From IMG/VR virus record IMGVR_UViG_3300044731_002104: DNA of 20,000 nt, one strand, 5' to 3'. This stretch comes from an uncultured virus (IMG/VR IMGVR_UViG_3300044731_002104) (taxonomy: Duplodnaviria; Heunggongvirae; Uroviricota; Caudoviricetes). This document shows positions 1 through 6,978 of this stretch, piece by piece; positions within the stretch are counted from its first letter, which is position 1; the number at the start of each line of letters is the position of its first letter. A model generated the notes under the pieces. It was not told the DNA's origin and did not search any database. It saw only the letters and a list, made by a program, of their open reading frames with translations. The position numbers and the translations under genes were made by a program.

Positions 1-2
1 CC

Positions 3-1370
3 ATCCTTGGCAAACTGCAGCCGCCCGATGACGTGCAGGACTTTGTGGTGCTGCGCCGCACGACCGATCTGCTGCTGAGTTGGAGCGCCAACACGGATGC
101 CGATCTGGCAGGGTACGAGGTGAGGGTGGGCGCGGGCTGGGATGCGGGAACTCTGGTTGGGCAGACCGCTGGTACCCAGCTCGTCCATGACCAAAGTGAA
201 TCAGGTCGGTACAACTACTTCATCCGGGCCTTTGACACCTCTGGCAAGTACAGCCAGCATGTCGCCACCTTCGAGTTGCTCCTGCTGGCACCAGCCGCAG
301 TGCGGCAGTTTGATGTGGTCCAGTCGGCCAACCGGCTGGAGTTTCGTTGGCTGCCCAATCCTGAGCCGGAGGTGGTGGCCTATGAGCTGCGAGAAGGCAC
401 GGCGTGGGACACTTCGATCTTCATTGCCGAGGTCAAGTCCAGCAGCTTCACTTTGCCTTCAGGCTTTGACGGTGAGCGTAATTTCTGGATCAAGGCAATC
501 GCCTCGCCAGGCATCTACTCGGACGAGGCCACCTTCGTCTCGACGGTGGTGGCCCAGCCCCAGAACGCCAACCTGCTGGTCACCATCGATGCACAGGCCA
601 CCCGGTTTCCAGGGGTGAAGCATTTCGCATCGGTCGAGTCGGTCAACAGCCTGGATGTGCTGCGCATGGACAGTGGCGTTGCGCAGTCCGAGTACCTGTT
701 CGAGGTGAATCTGCCCACCAGCTACCGGGCGCAAAACACCCTGTTGGCCAGCATCGGGGCCACACTGGATGATCGAGAAACCTGGTCGACAGCGAACTAT
801 GTCTGGAGCAGCAATGCTGCCAAACGGCAATGGAACTATGACGGCGCGCTCAAAAGCATCGAAGCGAGGTTTCAGATGGCGCGCGAAGATGCATTGCAGG
901 CCGGAGAGCTCTACGGCTGGCGCCTCAATGGTGCGCTGGCAGGGTACGGCAGTCCTGCCAGTGGGGAGGCCGTGGGCGTCAGCTATGGCGACGGGCGGTA
1001 CGGCAGTGGGGTACTCATCAAGGACACGACCCGGGTTTCCTGGGGTGTGAGCATCCCCGGGGTGTTCCATGTGAGCTTTTGGTTCATCCCGAATCAGATC
1101 ACCACCTCGGTCATCTGGACAGCATCTGGTGCAGGGGTGAGCCTGCTTGTGGGCTTCGATGCGGCGGCAGGCAGCTTCTTTCTGGAAGACCACCTGTTCA
1201 ACCGAATCGTCGTGCCATACCCCGTGAGCGTCAGCGACCGGATTTGCGTTGGTGTATGTCAGACGGCCGCTGAACGCAGGCTCTTTGTCGGAAAGATGGG
1301 CGGCGATGTGCAAAGCGCAAGCAGTCCTTTGCAACCCACTGCCGGATACACGGTCCTCAAGCTGTATTGA
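3..1370 (+). CDS. Phage tail tip / host-specificity (J-like) protein, C-terminal part with FN3-like repeats and a C-terminal LamG/ConA-like domain; 5'-partial
   Basis: Frame is open from the window start (ILGKLQPPDDVQDF...). Two FN3-like units (LLLSWSANTDADLAGYEVRVG..WD and LEFRWLPNPEPEVVAYELREG..WD). C-terminal GRYGSG...VSFW pattern resembles LamG-like folds. Lies upstream of tail-fibre and lysis genes. Confidence 0.75.
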   Translation: MLGKLQPPDDVQDFVVLRRTTDLLLSWSANTDADLAGYEVRVGAGWDAGTLVGQTAGTQLVHDQSESGRYNYFIRAFDTSGKYSQHVATFELLLLAPAAVRQFDVVQSANRLEFRWLPNPEPEVVAYELREGTAWDTSIFIAEVKSSSFTLPSGFDGERNFWIKAIASPGIYSDEATFVSTVVAQPQNANLLVTIDAQATRFPGVKHFASVESVNSLDVLRMDSGVAQSEYLFEVNLPTSYRAQNTLLASIGATLDDRETWSTANYVWSSNAAKRQWNYDGALKSIEARFQMAREDALQAGELYGWRLNGALAGYGSPASGEAVGVSYGDGRYGSGVLIKDTTRVSWGVSIPGVFHVSFWFIPNQITTSVIWTASGAGVSLLVGFDAAAGSFFLEDHLFNRIVVPYPVSVSDRICVGVCQTAAERRLFVGKMGGDVQSASSPLQPTAGYTVLKLY

Positions 1371-1393
1371 ACGTAAACCCAGAACCCCAACCT

Positions 1394-1430
1394 GGGCGTT
1401 GCATCGAATGGTGCAGCGCCCGTTTTGTTT
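1394..1430 (+). terminator. Rho-independent terminator-like hairpin
   Basis: GGGCGTTGCATC-GAAT-GGTGCAGCGCCC forms a 12-bp stem with two G-U pairs, followed by GTTTTGTTT, in the gap after the tail-tip gene. Confidence 0.6.
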
Positions 1431-1448
1431 GAAGAAACGGAAAACTCC

Positions 1449-1895
1449 ATGATTGAAGAAGGCATGAGCATCAAAGGCTCAATCACGCTGCTGCTGGCCA
1501 AGCCCACGGGCGAAGTCGAGGTGGTGCACAAGGACAACATCATCGTCAATGGCGGCTTTGACTTCGTGGCCGATGCCATCGGCAATTCGGCCAGCCGCCC
1601 TGGTGTTATGGGTTGGATTGCGGTGGGCACTGGCTCCACGGCCGCTGCCGCCACTCAGACGGCCCTGGTCACCGAAATCAAGCGCAATGCGGCCACGTAT
1701 GCCCACACGGCTGGCACCAAGGTGTTCACTTTCACGGCCAGCTATCCGGCGGGTGACGCCACAGGTGCGCTCACCGAGGCGGGCGTGTTCAATGCAGCCT
1801 CGGCTGGCGCCATGTTCGATCGGGTCGTTTTCCCGGTGGTGAACAAAGGCGTGGACGACAGCCTGACGGCTGTTTTCACCTTCACCATGAGCTGA
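1449..1895 (+). CDS. Phage tail structural protein (tail-collar fibre, DUF3751-like fold), 148 aa
   Basis: ATG 1449 is preferred over the ORF-track start, which overlaps the terminator U-tract. Motifs IAVGTG..A..TQTAL.TEI.R and LTEAGVFNAAS.G.MF.R resemble tail-collar proteins. Position is in the tail cluster. Confidence 0.6.
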   Translation: MIEEGMSIKGSITLLLAKPTGEVEVVHKDNIIVNGGFDFVADAIGNSASRPGVMGWIAVGTGSTAAAATQTALVTEIKRNAATYAHTAGTKVFTFTASYPAGDATGALTEAGVFNAASAGAMFDRVVFPVVNKGVDDSLTAVFTFTMS

Positions 1896-1908
1896 TCGGG
1901 CACCTGAT

Positions 1909-3099
1909 ATGGCCGAGACCGTCAACGTCTCCAGCTCGCCGGGGGCCAACTACACCTGGACTTCCGGCAAGTTTTCCTGGGGCAGCGCTACGGCAGGCAA
2001 GAACTGGACAACGGCCTACCCGGCGGTCTACGCCCTGACCGTGGCCACTGACCTGAGTTTTGCCGAGTTGGTTCAGAAATTGGGCATTAAGAGCAATTCC
2101 GAGAGCCTGACCTTCTCGGATAAATCCAGCCGGGCTTTGGCACTCAACAAGTACGAGAACCTGAACTTTGTCGAGACCTACACCGACCTGATTGCCTTTG
2201 TGCTGCGTTTCGTTGAGTCCCTGACGTTCACGGAAAAGTACGCTCGCACGGGCACCAAAGCCGTCTTCGAGACGTTTCAGGTGGGGGAGGGACTGGCACG
2301 GCAGTTGGTATTGCGCAAATACGAGACGCTGGCGCTGGCTGAGACCTATACGGACCTCATTGCGTTCATCCTGCGGGTATCCGAGAGCCTGAGTTTTTCC
2401 GAGAAGCCTTCCAAAGGGATGACCAAGCCACAGGCTGAAAACTTCAGGCTGAGCGATGCACTGGTCAAGTCGCAGGTCAAGCAAATCTCCGAGGCCTTCA
2501 GTCTGGCCGAGGCGCTCGGTCGAACGGTCGCGTACCGCCGTGCCATCAGCGAAGGCTTTGCCATTGGCGAGGCGATAAGGCGTGCGCAGACCTTGAAGCT
2601 CAGCGAGGCCTTTGGTCTGGCCGAGCAGTATCGGCGCCGGGCCAATGGGGTGATCAGCGACATGATCGTTGCCAACACCGAGATCACCGAGCAGGACTTC
2701 ATGGACATCCTGGAGTCTGGTCATCCACCCGGTTACACCAACTTCCGGGACTTCATCCAGGGCGACTACACCTACCAGCGTGCGCTTTTTAGGGCGATCT
2801 TGACTTCCAGCAACGCAGACCGAGGCTACATCGATGGCCTGCGGGTGACTGTGGACGTGCCCGATGTATTCGATCGAGGCACGGCGCAGGTGGTCACCGC
2901 GTCCAGTGGCGTAGCGGTCGTTTTTGTGCGGACTTTTCGGGTCTCGCCGGAGGTCACGCTGACCTTCAAGGGCGGTACCACCGTGGCCATTCCTCGAATT
3001 CTTGGAACGGTCACCACCGCAGGCTTCACCGCCGTTTTGGAAAACACCTCTGGCGCCCGCGTGACGGGAGCCATTTCTTGGGTTGCCCAGGGGTATTGA
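1909..3099 (+). CDS. Phage tail protein with internal repeats and a C-terminal beta domain (H-lectin/gp53-like), 396 aa
   Basis: Recurrent SE.(L/F).(F/L).(E/D) units and a duplicated ETYTDLIAF.LR..ESL.F.EK segment. The C-terminus V.F.R.F...PEV...T.AGF...ISWVAQGY is typical of tail-protein terminal domains. Confidence 0.6.
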   Translation: MAETVNVSSSPGANYTWTSGKFSWGSATAGKNWTTAYPAVYALTVATDLSFAELVQKLGIKSNSESLTFSDKSSRALALNKYENLNFVETYTDLIAFVLRFVESLTFTEKYARTGTKAVFETFQVGEGLARQLVLRKYETLALAETYTDLIAFILRVSESLSFSEKPSKGMTKPQAENFRLSDALVKSQVKQISEAFSLAEALGRTVAYRRAISEGFAIGEAIRRAQTLKLSEAFGLAEQYRRRANGVISDMIVANTEITEQDFMDILESGHPPGYTNFRDFIQGDYTYQRALFRAILTSSNADRGYIDGLRVTVDVPDVFDRGTAQVVTASSGVAVVFVRTFRVSPEVTLTFKGGTTVAIPRILGTVTTAGFTAVLENTSGARVTGAISWVAQGY

Positions 3100-3110
3100 A
3101 AGGGTACTGA

Positions 3111-4121
3111 ATGCAAAACTACACCGAAATCCCGTCCAGCACGACGCTCTCGGACTCGCTGTCGCAGATCCTGAACAACGACAAGACGGCGCTCTCGCTC
3201 TCCAGCGGAACGGCGTTTCCGACTGTGAATCTGCAGCAGGGTATGCCGTGTTTCAGGACTGATGAGCAAAAGCTCTACATCCTCACCGTGGTCAGTCCCG
3301 TCACGTGGAAGATGGTCATCGACCTCTCGGCCACAGTGGGCAAAGTGGCCAATGCGGATCTGCTGGATGGCATCGACTCCACCGGCTTTGCACTGAGTGG
3401 GCACAACCACGATGCCGCATATGCAGCGCTGGGCCACAACCACAACGCGGCATACCTGGGCATCACGGCCAAGGCAGCGGACGCTGACAAGCTCGATGGC
3501 TATGACTCCACGGCCTTTGTGCGCTCAGTCAATGGCAACGCACCGGATGCCTCTGGTAATGCCACCGTACCGATCGATTTGTCCAGTCGATTGGCCAAGG
3601 CCGGTGACACGATGACAGGCCATCTGTACATGGGTACTGGCGCAGTGATTTACTCGTCTCAGTCTGGTGCGGCGGACAACGCTCGCAACACTGGCTATCG
3701 CATGAACGATGGACAGGACATTGGCGAGATGGGGCGCAGCAACCAGTATTACGACGATCTGGCTGCTAACTGCAATGGCATCTTGCCGACCGGCAACTGC
3801 GCAGGCAATACGTACTGGAAACCCTCCAATACCAGCTGGTGGACCTGGGGCCTGGGGTTCAACTACTGCGCCAACTCGGCCCAATACGACGGTGCGGGGG
3901 GAACGACCTACGCCTATAACGCCGTGCCCAGCACAGGCTACAACTACGACGGTTACTACCTGGCCCAAGACGAGATTGGTGGTGGCGAGTACCACCGCTG
4001 GTACCGAGCCTGCAATTGCAACTGCAACTGTGGCAGCTACACCAACTGCAACTGCGGCAACACCGCCTTCAATTGCCGAACAAACTGCAATTGCAACTGT
4101 GCCTGCTGCGGTTGCTGCTGA
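3111..4121 (+). CDS. Phage tail fibre protein with a Cys/Asn-rich C-terminal tail, 336 aa
   Basis: Fibre shaft motifs: NADLLDGIDSTGF and DADKLDGYDSTAF repeats, two GHNH (HxH) motifs, VRSVNG.APDASGN, KAGDTMTG.L. Ends CNCNCNCGSYTNCNCGNTAFNCRTNCNCNCACCGCC. Confidence 0.8.
   Translation: MQNYTEIPSSTTLSDSLSQILNNDKTALSLSSGTAFPTVNLQQGMPCFRTDEQKLYILTVVSPVTWKMVIDLSATVGKVANADLLDGIDSTGFALSGHNHDAAYAALGHNHNAAYLGITAKAADADKLDGYDSTAFVRSVNGNAPDASGNATVPIDLSSRLAKAGDTMTGHLYMGTGAVIYSSQSGAADNARNTGYRMNDGQDIGEMGRSNQYYDDLAANCNGILPTGNCAGNTYWKPSNTSWWTWGLGFNYCANSAQYDGAGGTTYAYNAVPSTGYNYDGYYLAQDEIGGGEYHRWYRACNCNCNCGSYTNCNCGNTAFNCRTNCNCNCACCGCC
4011..4118 (+). repeat. Degenerate AAYTGY hexamer repeats encoding (Asn-Cys)n
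   Basis: tgc aat tgc aac tgc aac tgt ... aac tgc aac tgc ... aat tgc ... aac tgc aat tgc aac tgt gcc tgc tgc ggt tgc tgc: 9 NC dipeptides and 14 Cys in 36 codons. Confidence 0.9.
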
Positions 4122-4130
4122 AGGATCATC

Positions 4131-4937
4131 ATGAAAGTCTTTCTTGTGCGCGCGGGCAAGCTCTCGACTGCGCTGGATTACGCCATTCATCTCAAAGTGG
4201 ACCAAGCGGCTGAGCAGGTACTCATGCGCTTTGGCTTGCGACACCGTCCAGATAGTGATCAGCCTTCTGACTTCTCTGTGGAGGGGGTGACTTACCAGGT
4301 GGTTGCCGAGCAGGTGTTTGCCTATCGTGAGCTGAGAAACAACCGTGGGTGGTCCGACCGACAGTCCTTTATGACCGGTTACCGCTGGGCAGAAAAACGG
4401 CTCATCGACCCGTTGCCCTTGTATGTCTACACCCTGTCTACGCGTTTCACAGCGCCAGAAGTCTCGGGGCATGTCTGGAACGGGAACTTCCTGACCGGAT
4501 TTAACGTGCCCTTTGCGGACAGCAGCTTTGATGAATGCTTCGTGACGGTGAACCTTCATCCCACGCTTGGAGGATGTCTGGTTGAAGGTGTGGCTTCCAT
4601 GGATGTGGAGCACACCGATTACCAGTCATCTGCTCAGGTAAGGGAAATGGAGTTCCCAGACTTGCGGGTGATTGCCCCCGCAAATGTCATAGCGGGGGAT
4701 CCAGCCGAATTCACTGTGCAGATGCTCGACGGCCTGGGCAATCCCAGCAACCGTGATGCAGAGATTCACTTTGAGTCGGTCAATGGTTATCTGCCCGTCA
4801 GCCGACGCCGAACGCAGGGCGGGATGACCACAGCCACCGTCATGACCTTGGGGCTTCAAGCTGGCGACACCGTCCGATTGAAAGCGGGCTTCAAGTTCTA
4901 CCCCGGCTGCGCCGATGCTCAGGTGGTCCTTTCATGA
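4131..4937 (+). CDS. Hypothetical protein with a C-terminal Ig-like beta-sandwich, 268 aa; possible fibre accessory or chaperone
   Basis: AAGGA RBS directly after the fibre stop. The C-terminal ~90 aa (PANVIAGDPAEFTVQMLD...GDTVRLKAGF) has an Ig-like strand pattern. Stop overlaps the next ATG (ATGA). Confidence 0.6.
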   Translation: MKVFLVRAGKLSTALDYAIHLKVDQAAEQVLMRFGLRHRPDSDQPSDFSVEGVTYQVVAEQVFAYRELRNNRGWSDRQSFMTGYRWAEKRLIDPLPLYVYTLSTRFTAPEVSGHVWNGNFLTGFNVPFADSSFDECFVTVNLHPTLGGCLVEGVASMDVEHTDYQSSAQVREMEFPDLRVIAPANVIAGDPAEFTVQMLDGLGNPSNRDAEIHFESVNGYLPVSRRRTQGGMTTATVMTLGLQAGDTVRLKAGFKFYPGCADAQVVLS

Positions 4938-5533
4938 TTCGCGAACTGTTTTCTGCTCGGGTCTACCAAGGACAACTGAGTTTTGAGGATGGCTTGCGTG
5001 ATCAGATGCTCAAAAGGGCAATGGATTTACATCAGCGGCTCAATCGAGATGGGCAGCCCTGGGCACGCAAAAGCCGTCAGTCCCTGATCGATCATGAAAG
5101 CTGCTGTGACGTTTTCAGACCCCTGGTAAACCAGGTTCGTGAAGTCATTGGGCACGCCTACCAGTGTGAACCCGTGTGGCAATCCGCCCGAGAGGTCATC
5201 ACCCAACCTGGTCAGTTCATTCCGCTGCATGCCGAAGACACCGATCTCTCGGCGGTGTATTGGATTGACGGAAATGCTCGGCCAGATCCTTCTCGCCAGG
5301 ACTACTCCGGCGCTTTTGTGCTGGTCAATCCCAGCGGTGCTTACGGCAGCCGCAAATTGCCCTGGGAAGGCTGGCGCTCGGAAATCATCCATCCGTACCC
5401 CGGCCTGCTGGTGATTTTCCCGAGCTACCTGGCGCACCATTCCCACCCCTACAACGGTACCCGGCCGAGTGTGGAAGTCCATTTTGAGTTCCGGGTTCAG
5501 GCATTGGAGGGACAAGCCCATGCAAATCGTTGA
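4934..5533 (+). CDS. Putative 2OG-Fe(II) oxygenase (TIGR02466-like), 199 aa
   Basis: LHAED..LSAVYWID, SGAFVLVNP and P.PGLLVIFPSYLAH..HP...R.S give the double-stranded beta-helix pattern with H-x-E...H ligands and R-x-S. ATGA-coupled to the upstream gene. Confidence 0.8.
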   Translation: MIRELFSARVYQGQLSFEDGLRDQMLKRAMDLHQRLNRDGQPWARKSRQSLIDHESCCDVFRPLVNQVREVIGHAYQCEPVWQSAREVITQPGQFIPLHAEDTDLSAVYWIDGNARPDPSRQDYSGAFVLVNPSGAYGSRKLPWEGWRSEIIHPYPGLLVIFPSYLAHHSHPYNGTRPSVEVHFEFRVQALEGQAHANR

Positions 5534-6098
5534 CGGTTTGATTGAGCCCGAGTTGACCGCTGAATGCCGCCAGTGGCTGTTGAGCCAGAACCTTGTGTTT
5601 GGCTGGAAAGCGCATGCCAAGGCCCCTGGGGTGTTTTGGCACCGAAATTTTGTGCTGCCAGGAAAGCACAACCACCACTATGACGCAGGTGCATGGCAGC
5701 CAGAACATACTTTTGATGCGTTTGTGGCCCAGGGGGGACCACTGGTCCGAGTGGCCCTTCAGGTCAAAGAGCAGTTCTTTCCCAACGCAGAGATCACGCG
5801 CCTGTGGGTCAATGTGCAAGCGTTCGGAGATGAGGCTTCGCTCCACAGGGACTTCCCAACTGAGTTTCAGGACACGGCAAGATCCGTGATCTGGTATCCG
5901 GTAGCCGAGTGGAGTGCGGATTGGGGAGGGGATTTGGTGATGTTGGACGATCTGGGTGAAATTCAGGCGGCAGTCATGGTCAAACCCAATCGGATGGTGC
6001 AGATCAATGGCTGCATGCGCCATGCTGCCCGCCCGATCTCCCGTTATTGCAACGCCTTGCGTATCGCGGTGGCGTTTGGTTCAGAGGTGGCACCATGA
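5520..6098 (+). CDS. 2OG-Fe(II) oxygenase (prolyl-hydroxylase-like), 192 aa
   Basis: GGAGG at 5506-5510 precedes ATG 5520. Motifs LHRD (HxD), W..DWGG.L, KPNRMV, distal H (MRHAARP) and 2OG-binding R (LRIAVAF). Confidence 0.85.
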   Translation: MQIVDGLIEPELTAECRQWLLSQNLVFGWKAHAKAPGVFWHRNFVLPGKHNHHYDAGAWQPEHTFDAFVAQGGPLVRVALQVKEQFFPNAEITRLWVNVQAFGDEASLHRDFPTEFQDTARSVIWYPVAEWSADWGGDLVMLDDLGEIQAAVMVKPNRMVQINGCMRHAARPISRYCNALRIAVAFGSEVAP

Positions 6099-6778
6099 TT
6101 GAATACCTCTGGCCAACGCCAGTGCTCAAGGACACGGCGCCTTGGACTCCATCTGAAATGGATGAACTTCGGCGCTACACGGTCGAAAGATTTCATGATC
6201 ATCAGACCCATCCACCCGTGCACGGCTTGCCTGATGTGGATGTCCGGCTGAGGGTCCAGCTCAATCTGTTTCATGCCCATCATGAGGCTCATGCACCGGC
6301 AGTTTGGCATCCATGGAAGCTCTGGGTGGAGAGTACTTACCGCAACTACCTGCTCGAAGCACACGGGGTGCGCAATGCACAGGATCTAAAAATCGAAGCT
6401 CGTTGCATCCCCGTGCATTACCAGCCAGGTATGCGGGCTCAGCCGCACTACCACCACACCTGTGACCATGTCCTGTGTCTGTACCTGGACTGCGGGCAAG
6501 GCCGAAGTCCACCGGACCAACGCAGCTGGACCGTCGGTGACGGTGAACTTATCTTGCAGGACCCCCGTCCGATGGCGGGGTTTCCATTTTGGGAGAAGGT
6601 TCGCTACATCGAAACCTTTCCCGGTCTGGTGGTACTGCATCCATCGCGCATCTGGCATGAAACCAACCCCTTCAATGCCCAGGGTGAGCGAACCCTTCTG
6701 GTGGTGACCCTTCGGGTCGCCTCTCACAACTACAGCGATCTGTACACCGAGCTCAGAGGAGGGGCGTCGTGTCTTTGA
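6095..6778 (+). CDS. Putative 2OG-Fe(II) oxygenase (TIGR02466-like), 227 aa
   Basis: GAGGTGG RBS and ATGA overlap at 6095. Motifs LWPTPV, PHYHH, LYLD, GELILQDPR, PGLVVLHPSRIWHETNP...R. Confidence 0.8.
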   Translation: MIEYLWPTPVLKDTAPWTPSEMDELRRYTVERFHDHQTHPPVHGLPDVDVRLRVQLNLFHAHHEAHAPAVWHPWKLWVESTYRNYLLEAHGVRNAQDLKIEARCIPVHYQPGMRAQPHYHHTCDHVLCLYLDCGQGRSPPDQRSWTVGDGELILQDPRPMAGFPFWEKVRYIETFPGLVVLHPSRIWHETNPFNAQGERTLLVVTLRVASHNYSDLYTELRGGASCL

Positions 6779-6978
6779 ATTCACATACCCGTCCAGGTTT
6801 CGAGGTGGATGTGGTCCGTGTGGACGACAGCAACCTGCGCATGACTGTGTTGGTCACCAATCCCGACGGCAAAGCTTCTGGCCGTCATGTCTTCAACATT
6901 CAAACGATGCCGGGTGCTGATCCGGCACAGGTTTGCCGAGAGGCATACCCCATCGCATTCGAGGAATCATTGTCATGA
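6769..6978 (+). CDS. Small hypothetical protein, 69 aa
   Basis: Strong GAGGAGG RBS before GTG 6769. Overlaps the upstream stop by 10 nt, and its TGA overlaps the radical SAM ATG (ATGA 6975-6978). Confidence 0.7.
   Translation: MSLNSHTRPGFEVDVVRVDDSNLRMTVLVTNPDGKASGRHVFNIQTMPGADPAQVCREAYPIAFEESLS

Noticed and set aside
4016..4213. 65-aa ORF MQLQLWQLHQLQL... as a possible RiPP precursor
   Set aside because: It is the alternative-frame reading of the AACTGC repeats, overlaps two well-supported genes and has no clear RBS.
459..4613. Long minus-strand ORFs (459-1334, 1479-1949, 1882-2724, 2826-3443, 3525-4613)
   Set aside because: Antisense shadows of GC-rich phage genes with no recognisable motifs.
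3111..4937. Diversity-generating retroelement acting on the fibre tip
   Set aside because: No reverse transcriptase and no template/variable repeat pair is visible in the window.
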